Below, one piece after another: positions 24,811 to 36,531 of a DNA stretch of 64,000 nucleotides; the first letter of the stretch is position 1, and each line of letters starts with the position of its first letter. The translations under genes and the position numbers were made by a program. The stretch is taken from NCBI GenBank assembly GCA_002633005.1, contig NMRA01000230.1:556201-620200 (forward strand). Direction: 5' to 3'. Source of the stretch: Phoronis australis (taxonomy: Eukaryota > Animalia > Phoronida). The notes under the pieces are model-generated. The model saw only the letters and a list, made by a program, of their open reading frames with translations, was not told the origin of the DNA and did not search any database.

Positions 24811-25557
24811 TATACTTTTATAACAACACATTGACATAACAGTGGGTGCAACACTTGAAGGAATATCAGCATAAACAGCAAATTACAAGAAATAATCTAG
24901 TAAAAGTTCTGACAATAGAATTTCAAGCCAAGCCAACTTAATGAAAAAACAAGAATTACCCGAAAACCTAGAAGAACAACAAGCAGAACACTTAGAGTAA
25001 ATTGTAATAACAATTAAACATGTTCATCAAACAAGTAACATTTGAACATCATACTAACAAAATACCACACAGATGTGAAAAACAAATGTTAGGTTCTCAA
25101 AACACAATGTATTATTCTTAACACCAGAAAACGATGGGGTTTTAATAAAGGAGTATTTCATTGTTGTGGTACTGTAATACTGTAAATCAAATGGAATGTG
25201 TAAATGAATACCAAACGAAATAAACAGAGTAAATCTCGAAAACAAAAAACACCATCAAACAAACAATAAACTAACATTATATCAACAAAAACATNNNNNN
25301 NNNNNNNNNNNNNNNNNNNNNNNNNNNNNNNNNNNNNNNNNNNNNNNNNNNNNNNNNNNNNNNNNNNNNNNNNNNNNNNNNNNNNNNNNNNNNNNNNNNN
25401 NNNNNNNNNNNNNNNNNNNNNNNNNNNNNNNNNNNNNNNNNNNNNNNNNNNNNNNNNNNNNNNNNNNNNNNNNNNNNNNNNNNNNNNNNNNNNNNNNNNN
25501 NNNNNNNNNNNNNNNNNNNNNNNNNNNNNNNNNNNNNNNNNNNNNNNNNNNNNNNNN

Positions 25558-26185
25558 TTGTTTGAGAAATGTAAGAATACTTTGAGCAATGATCTTCTCG
25601 AAGATTTTGGACAGGGTGTTAAGTAAAGTTATTGGGCGATAATTTGAAATTTCAGTTTTGGAGCCTTTTTGTGTATAGGGACCATAATTCCATGTTTCCA
25701 AGAAGACGGATATATACCTAGCTGAAGAAGTTTGTTAAACAGATTGGTCAGGGGCATGGTAATTTCGTTGGCAATCATTTTGATCATCTTGCTGGTTATT
25801 AAAGCTGTGCCATCATTCTTATTGGGGTCAATTTCATTGAGATACTTCCGGACATCAGTTTGATTAGCCGGGATGTTAGACAGTTGATTGAGACAACGTT
25901 CACGAAAAAAGGGAAAGTTACCTACTTCAGTTGGTGTAATGTGGCTTTTGTTCGTGAAAAATTTGAGAAACAAATCCCACTTGTCACTACTACTTGAGGC
26001 TAGGTTACCATTATAGTTGATGACAGGATAGGAGGATTGTTGTTGACTGCCGCGTATTTTATTGATGATGTTCCAGTATTCTTTGGAGTTTTTGCTTGCG
26101 CTGTTAATTTGTTGAAAAAGCTTGTTTCCATGATCAGATTTGGCTTGATTTACTAAATTTTCAACCAGACGTGAATGCTCCGAAA
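25558..26185 (-). pseudogene. LINE ORF2 fragment (CR1/L2/Jockey-group linker and N-terminal reverse transcriptase), frameshifted and cut by the gap
   Basis: NSKEYWNIINKI...VRKYLNEIDPNK...ITMPLTNLFN...GIYPSSWKHGIMVPIHKK / GSKTEISNYRPITLLNTLSKIFEKII. Confidence 0.92.
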
Positions 26186-26390
26186 GTCATGGTGCCGTTA
26201 TGCGACTGTACTTGACTGAAATTGAGCACAGTTTGAATAAAGCTTCATTGTATCCATGAGCTTCAACAGTTATATAGCTCAGTATTTGTAATTCAGTTAA
26301 ATATTTAACGTATTGTCTGGATGTGTCATACGCAATATCACCATGAAATCTAAAGCTTCGCAAAACCACTCTAAATTGGTGTTTCCATAT

Positions 26391-26976
26391 TGTTAATGCA
26401 GGAGCATTAGTCTTTTGTTTAGGATCTTTATGTCCACTAGAGGCGTTGTATGTACACCTTAGGGCGTTTCCAGAGTGCATTGTAATTGCTCTCTACCCCC
26501 GATCCTAGGTAATTGTTTATTGGCTAAATAGATGCTACCATTGTAATATAACCAATCACAGTGCAGTTTTGATGGTTTTTAGCCTCAGCAGTCATTTACA
26601 GCGCTCATTTTGAATATTGGTTTCAACATGTTGTGATGCACTGTAGAGAGATTATTAGCTGGGCCACGCGGAAAACTCCAGTAAGTACATGTAATTCTGT
26701 TAAGGCTTTGCGTTTAGTCTATTCATGTAGGTCTGTTGGACATTGTAGGACTAGTGTTTAATTGTTGAACTGTAACGGCTGCTTTGTGGTGGTTTTGTCT
26801 TATGCGGGTTCGATTCCCGTGTGCTAGCCGTATTGACTATTGGGTAACGTTTTGAGAACATTGTTTGTTTCCGTTGTTTGACAAACTGTATTTATCATTT
26901 GCAGATAACCGTCTCTTAAAGAATAAAACGTTTTAAACGAAGCTGATCGCGTTATTCTATCGCCCACACTAATACA
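26391..26976 (+). mobile_element. BEL/Pao solo LTR
   Basis: Near-identical to 24233-24810, TGT...ACA ends, no adjoining internal sequence; flanks catat/tatac could be a degenerate 5-bp TSD. Confidence 0.8.
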
Positions 26977-28664
26977 TATACTTTTATAACAACACATTAA
27001 CATAACAGTGGGTGCAACACTTGAAGCAATATCAGCATAAACAGCAAATTACAAGAAATAATCCAGTAAAAGTTCTAACAATAGAATTTCAAGACAAGCC
27101 AACTTAATGAGAAAAACAAGAATTACCCGAAAAACTAAAAGAACAAGCAAAACACTTAGAGTAAACTGTAATAACAATTAAACATGTTCACCAAACAAGT
27201 AACATTTGAACATCATACTAACAAAATACAACACGGAAGTGAAAAACAAAACCCGTCCACGAAAAACAAATGCTAGGTTCTCAAAACACAATGTATTATT
27301 AACACCAGAAAACGATGGGGTTTTAATAAAGGAGTATTTCATTGTTGTGTTACTGTAATACTGTAAATCAAATGGAATGTGTAAATGAATACCAAACGAA
27401 ATAAACAGAGTAAATCTCGAAAACAAAAAACACCATCAAACAAACAATAAACTAACATTATATCAACAAAAACATAACGTACTGTATGTAAAAACACAAT
27501 ACCGTTCACTAAAAATATTACGTTCACAAAACAGTAGGTATTTTGCTGAGCACTAGAATATAATACTGCCTTAACATAAACGTACTTCACTGCCTGTCTT
27601 CGTGACAGTTGAGGACTATAAATGAGTTGTAATGACCAAATAAATAACAAGCAAAACACAATCAATTTTAATAATTAATTAACACGTTCACCAATGAAGT
27701 AACCATTGAACATCCGGCACGTAAAAAAAACCTGGTTCATAAACAACACATGTTAAGTTATTAATTGATCACGCAACTGGAACATCTTGCGGACAACTGT
27801 AAAAAATAACACCGTTTAAACTTTGGGGTACATTGTTTTCTGTCTTCGCAACGGTTATGGCGTAGGAAATCAGCAGGAATGTTCAAAATAAAAAATGGCG
27901 CAGAACCTGCCTCTGATGACGTCAAACCTTTAAAAGGTCGTGTGGGCCTTCGCCATCACGACAAAGGCTGCCCCGAGTACACTTTTGTTTGGAATGTCGT
28001 GGCGCCCAGCCGACACTGCAAGAAAACGATAATGGCATGTTTATGTACAACTATTAAGATTTTGACTCAATTACCTGGAACCAGAACAACGTTAGAAAAA
28101 CTTTGACAGGTAAACCTCACACTTGGCCCAATGTTCTGAAAGGGCCCCAGTCCAGCCAACATCTTAATATGATGCACATTAAAGAGCAGGGTGGGTTGGG
28201 TCAGCTTCTTAAAAAACCCGATTCTGTTTGATGTACATGTAGATGTTGAGGCGTTGTTCACTTTAATGACATGCAGTGGACTCCAGTAAACTGAAATTAA
28301 CACAGGGCGATCATGAATGAAAATGTTTTTGACAAAGACCAGTAGTTGAGTGATAAGGGACTGGAAACTGTCCAACTTTCAACATATTGTGGAGACACCT
28401 CATGTTTGATATGGGACCTGAACAAGGAAGAAAGGACGAAAGGTTTTGGCAGCGTGCACGCCAGACTTGCCCATTTAGCTATTGATAGGAAAAATCTATG
28501 AGGATAGAGTGTGTTGTCAGGGCCAATGTGAGGTAGTTGAAGACAACATTCATAGTTTACCACAATGTCCTGCTTACCTTGAGCTAAGGTCAGATATGAT
28601 CAATACATTGAATACAGGATAGGAGAATATAGGATACTTTCAAGTGGGAAGTGCTTCGCTAAAT

Positions 28665-28747
28665 CTACCTATGCGATATCAACAATGCTCCAATGTTAGT
28701 GATGAAGAAGCCGAAACGTGATAGACTCCGCTGATTATTGCCAAGAC
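28665..28747 (-). CDS. Candidate terminal coding exon of the Ig-domain gene (GLGNNQRSLSRFGFFITNIGALLISHR*), GPI-signal-like
   Basis: Acceptor tttttataagcAG. Phase-1 reading continues the micro-exon frame and gives small residues, a spacer and a hydrophobic tail before TAG. Other acceptors in 28800-30100 cannot be excluded. Confidence 0.4.
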
Positions 28748-30136
28748 CTGCTTATAAAAATTAATGCCGTTTGGTACACATCATCTTTGTTGTTCTCAGT
28801 TGTAAGGTTTCTAATACGTCCAGAAAGACACTGGCACTATATTGTAATCCTGAAAATGTTTGAAACGAATAAAACTAGAATTTATCTACCTACCTGTCTT
28901 CTTATGTCCATAAATGAGAAAGTCATACAAAAAAGATTGAAGGGGAAATCAGTTTTAGTACATTGTATTTGATGTAACTATTCCGATATCTGTCATAACT
29001 TAGTTTAGACACATCAGATATTCAAGTTATTTTAATGTAATTATGGAGGCATCAGAGTAATGTATTCTATAGCCAAGTTAATTTACGATGTTCCTGAAAA
29101 TTAATTTTTGCACAATTAACGTGGCCAAAAAACACCCTTCCATTCGTCACATCTGTGTGAAGCCTCATTTCTGCAACATCAATTACATGGCACTGTTCTG
29201 AGTTAGTTATCATCTTCAACGTCACCAATAATGTCAATAACCCATTACGGTAATCAAGGCTGATATGCAGACTGGTCAACCAAACCAAGACTTATGTGTA
29301 GGCATGATCTCTAAGCATTCTCTTATTTTCATGGCATGCATTTGATGCTGGCCAAACGTTCAACCCGACAAAAGTACACAGGGTACAGTTGACGCATACT
29401 GCCCTTGTGAAGCATTTTACAACAAGATTACAAGTTCATAGGAACGTTATTATAATTTTGTGTCTAGTTAAGCTAAGTCGTCTTATTTCATAGCATACAG
29501 GACGGGCCTGAAAATGTAAGCTGGTAAAACAGCAAACTTAGAAAACGATTAGTCAACTGGACATTTAGATGCTGAAGTTACCTTAGAAGCAAACAATACA
29601 TCAAACCACGCAAAACTTTCACCGATCATTGTTTGTGGTGTGGGAACAGTTGCTAAGGTCATCATTCCGAATCAAAGATTATAAATTTTCAAGTAGCCCT
29701 GTCTCTGCGTGGCAAGAATGTACTGTGTAACCCAATGTAACTTAATTTATACAGATTATATTGTCATCATATCGACAAGTACAGCAGTTTAAGATAAAAC
29801 TTTTGGACTAAATGCATCAGAGTAAAAACGAATGGAAACAAATCCACTTAATGTCAATGGACCTTCCGAAGAAATGCTGTGAAGCATAAGAGCACGATAC
29901 AATTCCGATTTCACAATTCCTTAAACCTTATTCGCAACATTTGGAAAAATATATTACAAAATGTTATCCACAGCAGTGACCACAGGACAGTTAAAGAAAC
30001 GTTGAGTTCGCAAGAGAAGATTTGCAGTTTGAACAAATCAAATAAGTTGATAAGAAAATGTTATAAAGGGTTCTTGTGAAAGTGGCATATCAGTGAACAC
30101 AGTTAATTTTTGAACTAGAGAAAAAGATAAACATAC

Positions 30137-30172
30137 CTCCACCATCTCCATTTCCAGTTGGTTTAACGGTAT
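30137..30172 (-). CDS. 36-nt stalk micro-exon (DTVKPTGNGDGG) of the Ig-domain gene
   Basis: ttacAG|ATACCGTTAAACCAACTGGAAATGGAGATGGTGGAG|GTATGT, phase 1-1; homologous to the other micro-exons including flanks. Confidence 0.7.
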
Positions 30173-30311
30173 CTGTAAACCATAATTTAGCTTTACATTA
30201 AATATTCCTGTAAAAGTGTGGTCTCCACACAAGTGACGAAAACTCACTGTGCGCCAATGAAACACACAAACTTAATCTAGACTGCTGAGTCTTGGTAGAA
30301 TGGGTATACAG

Positions 30312-32953
30312 CCCATACGAAAAGGGAAAGTTGAGTTTCAATTGAGATTCAATTGAAATGCAATTGAATTTCAATAGAAAATTGAATTTCTATTGAATAT
30401 GTCCATTGAATGAAAATTCAATTGGCACTTCCCTTGAACCTGATTATGCCGTCAGTTGAATGGCTATTGAACGGCTATTGAATTTCTGCACTTAAAAAAA
30501 TTTTTAGCTGTTCTGTATTGAATGGCTATTGAATTCCAGGACTTAGAAAAGTTCTGGAGTTCGGAATTCAATAGTTATTGAATCTGAGGACTTAGAAAAT
30601 TTCAGGATGTCGTGGAATTGAATGGCTATTGAATTTCAAGACTTAGGGAATTTCTGGATGATTTGATTTAACATCAAGTTGCCAGCAATGTTTATTTTAA
30701 ACATGTGTTACCAATTGGTTGTCAAGGTTACATTCCTGGAAAGTGACCTTTAAGATTTTCAAACCCTTTCAAAGGGTTTTGGTTCAGCATTAACTCTGCA
30801 TGGATAGTGAAGAACTGCATAGATTAAATGGTGAGTTTTTGATTTCAACGTTGTATTTTTGTCAATTTGATTGTTAAGTGACATTTATGTTTTACTCATG
30901 AATGAGTAGCTTTAGTCTAGCAAACAAAACGAAAGTTTTTTTAACTGATTCAATTGATTAAGGTTATGGCAGTTAAGTAGTAGAGCACAGATTTCAAAAT
31001 GAGTTGGTTTACTGACCAAAACCTGCATGTGCATATTGTTGCCAAGACAAGTGTCAGTTAATCATGTTTTGACTTAGCATATTTTATTTACTTTAATTAC
31101 TTGAGACTTAGAAACACCTTTTTACGATTCTGTGTTAAAATTCTCACATCAGAGCAATGAGAAAAAAGTAATTTTTTATTTTGGTTACATGAACTGAAAC
31201 TAAATAATTGAGCTATAGGCACTAAGTAATAGATGTATATTGGATATTAGAGGTTTGCCATTGCCACCAGTCATCTACCCGTAGTGTCTCTGCAGTATGG
31301 TTTAATTAACTGTTCTGCTCATAGGACTAAAACTCAAACTTCAGCTATGAGTTAATGAGATGCTAGAGAATTTGGCTATCACAAACAGTACAAATTGGAA
31401 AGCGAAATACTACTCACTTTGGCCCTATTGAGTGACATAAGCTACTTTGTGAAGGCCATTCAAACCGTCACAGTACTGCAGAGGTTGTCAGTTTGAAGCC
31501 TTTGATAAATGTATGTTGGTGCTGGACGATATTCCCACGTGTCAAATAATGTAAAAAAATTTAAATTGCATTTACAATGAAACACTGTGTTCATAGATGT
31601 AGGTAATATGATGTTATGAGAAAGTCACAATGCAATTGTCACTGATACCCATGCTTTGTACTCATTATTTTTCTTCAGTGAATAGACTTCAAACAAGTTT
31701 TAAGGTAGTTTTCCTATTTCTAGGGTTTCCATTAGTACGTGTAGCAAATAACACCCTTATTAATGTTCTTAGTCAAAAGCATATTAAATCTTCTAAAGAC
31801 TATGACTAAATAACTAAGAAAGCATTCATGCATTTCCCTAGCAACAAGCTCAATACAAAATTCAAATTTACTTACTTTATGTGACACCCTCCAACTGGAT
31901 ATTTTTCAATTTTTTTAGTACAGAAGAAGACTTTGAAAATATGCATGATAAAGTGAAAGACTATAACTCTTGGGAGCTAATGCCCACTGACCCACCAACA
32001 CTGTGCCAGTCATCAGTTCCTGTTGTGGACAGATACCTTAAACTAAGGGATTATATGAAGTCTCAGTGCTCCGAAAAGTGCGGACTCCAGAGTTCTGCAG
32101 AGACCATGAATGGCTGTACAATGCCGACATTTAAAGATTTGGTATCACATGTGGACCGTGCTTGTCAGAAAACTAATATTTTGCTGCTATAGCTTTGTAT
32201 ACATGAAATTATTATTTTTTATCTTATCGCCTACATTTATTTAGCTAACTGAATATAAAATACTCATTTACTCTTCAACGTATGGATGTGCTCAACTAAG
32301 TTCATAGCGTCATATGACTTATTTCATGTATGAGGCTCAGCATACAATTGTTGAAAAAACAATCTACAATTAGTCAGCATTAGATTCTTCAAAATGTTCA
32401 CAAAGGCTGCTACTTTTCAAATGCCTAAGGCTCTGTTTTTTGTTTTTTTGATTGATGCTGTATGATAATTGTAATACTTGTGCAAGTTTCGATTTAAGGT
32501 TTCGAAATGTTCAGTTGTCTATGATTTGTCAGGTTGTTGAAAGAAGATTGTGAACTATTCTTATCTCTTGAACAGGTTAACAACAATACATCTTATTTTT
32601 GAAAAAGTTAACTTATTATAGAAAATACTTGGAATTCAAATTATTCTGTATATTTAGAAAAAATGAATGGCCATTGAACAGCTATTGAATGGCCATTGAA
32701 CGGCTATTGAATGGCTATTGAATTGCTATTGAATGGTTATTGAAAATGGGATGATCCTGTACTGCATGGAGAATTGAATGGCTATTGAACGGCTATTGAA
32801 TTCCTATTGAATGGCTATTGAATATGGTAATGAATTGAATCACTTCATTTACATGGCAAAAACTTCCTTGAATTTCAATTGAATCTCAATTGAACCTCAA
32901 CTGAGTTTCAATTCCTGTCCCAACTGAAAGTCCAGCGTACTTTTTCGTATGGG
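30312..32953. mobile_element. Non-autonomous CMC/EnSpm(CACTA)-type DNA transposon, 2642 bp
   Basis: TIR CCCATACGAAAA / TTTTCGTATGGG, 2-bp TSD AG (30310-30311, 32954-32955), subterminal attgaatggct arrays at both ends. Confidence 0.85.
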
Positions 32954-33037
32954 AGGGTACATTTGACATCTAACTTGTGTTCAGAACGTCTATGCCACAA
33001 AAGACGAGTGCCCATGACAAGTTCTAACTCATGCCAA

Positions 33038-33776
33038 CCCGGGTGAGAATTTGACACGTTTGACACGCTCTAAAAACGTGGAGTATTGGAACGCTCTAAA
33101 AACGTGTCGAACGTGTAAAACGTGATGTGTCAAACGTGTAAAATGTAGCGTGTCAAACGTGTCAAGAACGTGTCAAAAACGTGTAATTTTCGTTCCAATA
33201 CTCCACGTTTGACACGCTTAGCGTGTAAAACTTGGCGATAGCGTGTCGAACGTGGCGTGCCAAAACGTGGCACTTTTGACACGCTAGCGTGTCAAACGTG
33301 GCGATAGCGTGTCGAATGTGGCTTGCCAAAACGTGGCAAAAACGTGGCACTTTTGACACCCTAGCGTGTCAAACGTGGCGCTTTTGACACGCTAGCCCGG
33401 CTGTAATCTGTGTCATTGCCATGGTAGCGACCCTACATTTAGCCTGAGGCCGTGTACAAGCCATAATCTTCTTGTTTATAGCAGCTCACCATCCACCATG
33501 GGAATCCATACTGAAAGCAAATGTATAAAGGGATTTCTTCTTTAAGTCACAGTTTATTGTTACTGTTGATGTAAATAATTCAAAATGTGATAATGATATA
33601 GAATCATTAAAAGGATAATGTAACTATCCAACTCTTACCACATACTGTTGTCACTAAATTTCATTTCATCTAGAATAACATTAACACAGAAATAAGAAAA
33701 TGGTTCAACATACAAATTTGAAGTGCTTAAGCTGCTATATATATGCATATAAGTCTAAGCTTTTGAGTCAGGCCAG
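33038..33776. mobile_element. Left part of a second CMC/EnSpm-type element, running into the gap; same family as 43581-45474
   Basis: Starts CCCGGGTGAGAATTTGACACG with subterminal (tgtcaaacgtg)n repeats; 33400-33776 is near-identical to 44132-44511. Confidence 0.85.
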
Positions 33777-34566
33777 NNNNNNNNNNNNNNNNNNNNNNNN
33801 NNNNNNNNNNNNNNNNNNNNNNNNNNNNNNNNNNNNNNNNNNNNNNNNNNNNNNNNNNNNNNNNNNNNNNNNNNNNNNNNNNNNNNNNNNNNNNNNNNNN
33901 NNNNNNNNNNNNNNNNNNNNNNNNNNNNNNNNNNNNNNNNNNNNNNNNNNNNNNNNNNNNNNNNNNNNNNNNNNNNNNNNNNNNNNNNNNNNNNNNNNNN
34001 NNNNNNNNNNNNNNNNNNNNNNNNNNNNNNNNNNNNNNNNNNNNNNNNNNNNNNNNNNNNNNNNNNNNNNNNNNNNNNNNNNNNNNNNNNNNNNNNNNNN
34101 NNNNNNNNNNNNNNNNNNNNNNNNNNNNNNNNNNNNNNNNNNNNNNNNNNNNNNNNNNNNNNNNNNNNNNNNNNNNNNNNNNNNNNNNNNNNNNNNNNNN
34201 NNNNNNNNNNNNNNNNNNNNNNNNNNNNNNNNNNNNNNNNNNNNNNNNNNNNNNNNNNNNNNNNNNNNNNNNNNNNNNNNNNNNNNNNNNNNNNNNNNNN
34301 NNNNNNNNNNNNNNNNNNNNNNNNNNNNNNNNNNNNNNNNNNNNNNNNNNNNNNNNNNNNNNNNNNNNNNNNNNNNNNNNNNNNNNNNNNNNNNNNNNNN
34401 NNNNNNNNNNNNNNNNNNNNNNNNNNNNNNNNNNNNNNNNNNNNNNNNNNNNNNNNNNNNNNNNNNNNNNNNNNNNNNNNNNNNNNNNNNNNNNNNNNNN
34501 NNNNNNNNNNNNNNNNNNNNNNNNNNNNNNNTTAAGTTTTTAAATTTGAGAAAAATATTGACATAC

Positions 34567-34602
34567 CTCCACCTTCTCCACTTCCAGTTGGCTTAATAGT
34601 TT
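34567..34602 (-). CDS. 36-nt stalk micro-exon (ETIKPTGSGEGG), tandem copy
   Basis: ttgcAG|AAACTATTAAGCCAACTGGAAGTGGAGAAGGTGGAG|GTATGT, phase 1-1. Confidence 0.65.
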
Positions 34603-34858
34603 CTGCAAATTATAATTCAGTTTTATGATCTTAAGTATTCATATCTGTAAGCAGAAGTTGGTGCATGAGAAATGCGCCTATGAATGCACCGCAAGCGGTA
34701 TGCTTCTGGGAGTGTTTATTTACATTCCAAAACGGCCACTAGATGGTGCAAAATATGCTGAATCCATCTAAAAATAGCAACACGTCATTGTTTCTTTAAT
34801 GGAAAGCTATTGTCTGCCTAATATTAAGTTTCTAAATTTGAGAAAAATATTGACATAC

Positions 34859-34894
34859 CTCCACCTTCTCCACTTCCAGTTGGCTTAATAGTTT
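34859..34894 (-). CDS. 36-nt stalk micro-exon (ETIKPTGSGEGG), tandem copy
   Basis: Identical exon and splice sites, 292 bp from its neighbours. Confidence 0.65.
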
Positions 34895-35150
34895 CTGCAA
34901 ATTATAATTAAGTTTTATGATGTTAAGTATTCATATCTGTAAGCAGAAGTTGGTGCATGAGAAATGCGCCTATGAATGCACCGCAAGCGGTATGCTTCTG
35001 GGAGTGTTTATTTACATTCCAAAACGGCCACTAGATGGTGCAAAATATGCTGAATCCATCTAAAAATAGCAACACGTCATTGTTTCTTTAATGGAAAGCT
35101 ATTGTCTGCCTAATATTAAGTTTCTAAATTTGAGAAAAATATTGACATAC

Positions 35151-35186
35151 CTCCACCTTCTCCACTTCCAGTTGGCTTAATAGTTT
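35151..35186 (-). CDS. 36-nt stalk micro-exon (ETIKPTGSGEGG), tandem copy
   Basis: Identical exon and splice sites. Confidence 0.65.
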
Positions 35187-35972
35187 CTGCAAATTATAAT
35201 TAAGTTTTATGATGTTAAGTATTCATATCTGTAAGCAGAAGTTGGTGCATGAGAAATGCGCCCATGAATGCACCGCAAGCGGTATGCTTCTGGGAGTGTT
35301 TATTTACATTCCAAAACGGCCACTAGATGGTGCAAAATATGCTGAATTCATCTAAAAATAGCAACACATCATTGTTTCTTTAATGGAAAGCTATTTACCA
35401 AATTTCATAAAAATTCGCCAAGGAACGTCAGAGAAAATTAGGAAAACTGAAAAAATGAAACTGCGACTAGGGGGCACAGCTTTCGTTGGGTCTGTCCTGA
35501 AGGTGCCTTTCAATGCCAATGTCATATAAATACACTTGCAAAATTTAACAAAGATTTTGCAATGGGTTTAGGAGATACATGTACACATATGGAAGGAAAA
35601 AATGCCTAGGAGGGGCTCATACTGAAATCGCCTCGACCCACAATCCCCTTGACCCACAACACCCTCGATCCAGGATAGAGGATCCAGGATCCCCTTGACC
35701 CACGACCTATTGCAATAGAGATATCTAAGCCCTTTTTACATATTTCACAACCTTATTATGTCGTTTTGACTGTCTACTATTTTACCTGATGACGATTACT
35801 GAATATTTTTCAAACATCATTTTCAAGCTGCACAATAGCTTTATTTCTGTTTTCCCAGCATTTCTTACTTCTCATTTGGCCAGACACTAATATTATTCTC
35901 GTGAATGCGCCGTAAGGACAACCTACTATTAAGATTCTGTTCTCAGTGAGTTAGAGAAATAATGTTTGATAC

Positions 35973-36002
35973 CTCCTTTATTTTCAGTTGGCTTAATGGT
36001 AT
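35973..36002 (-). CDS. 30-nt stalk micro-exon (DTIKPTENKG)
   Basis: ttttcAG|ATACCATTAAGCCAACTGAAAATAAAGGAG|GTATCA, phase 1-1; 6 nt shorter than the others, so frame is preserved. Confidence 0.65.
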
Positions 36003-36531
36003 CTGAAAATCATAATTTAATTGTACAATGAAAATTTTTACATAAACCTATTTATAAGTCAAAGTTGAGACTCAAGACAACTGGAAATGCAAGTAGGGAA
36101 ATTTTACTATATGTCACAAAAGAAACAAGAATGGTTTTCTTTCAGCTTTTTTAATACTGAATTGAAAGACATGAAATTAAAATTCAATGCCAAAGGCGTT
36201 CAAAATTCTTTTGTCTTAATACCAAAACAAATTTTTCATCATTTGTTATAGCGGTTGGGACTAGGAGTCCTGACTTGTCTGACATAGTCATAGTGCCACC
36301 ATGTGGAATAGTTTCTAAAAGAACACTTTGTAACCAATTGCATGGCTCAGAGCAGGAGCAGTTGCGAATAAATGACGATCTAACAAAACCTATGAAACAT
36401 GATCAGAAAGAAGTCCTACACAGGACCCCCCTGCGAGACAAATTTGGATTAACTACAAGAAAAGTGGATTGTAACCTTGTAGCCATGTGGCTCAGGAATA
36501 AATTAATTAAAATAAAAAAGAGGCAAATAAG

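Larger units (their letters stand above)
34532..35395. repeat. Tandem array of a 292-bp unit (about 3 copies visible, open into the gap); each unit is a micro-exon with intron flanks plus a HINE left end
   Basis: Unit junctions at 34811/34812 and 35103/35104; copies differ by a few substitutions; the last copy runs on into the HINE body after 35395. Confidence 0.95.

Noticed and set aside
25158-25589. ORFs spanning the first N gap
   Set aside because: Artefacts of translating Ns; only the LINE part above 25558 is real.
33700-34596. 298-aa ORF
   Set aside because: Almost entirely an N gap.
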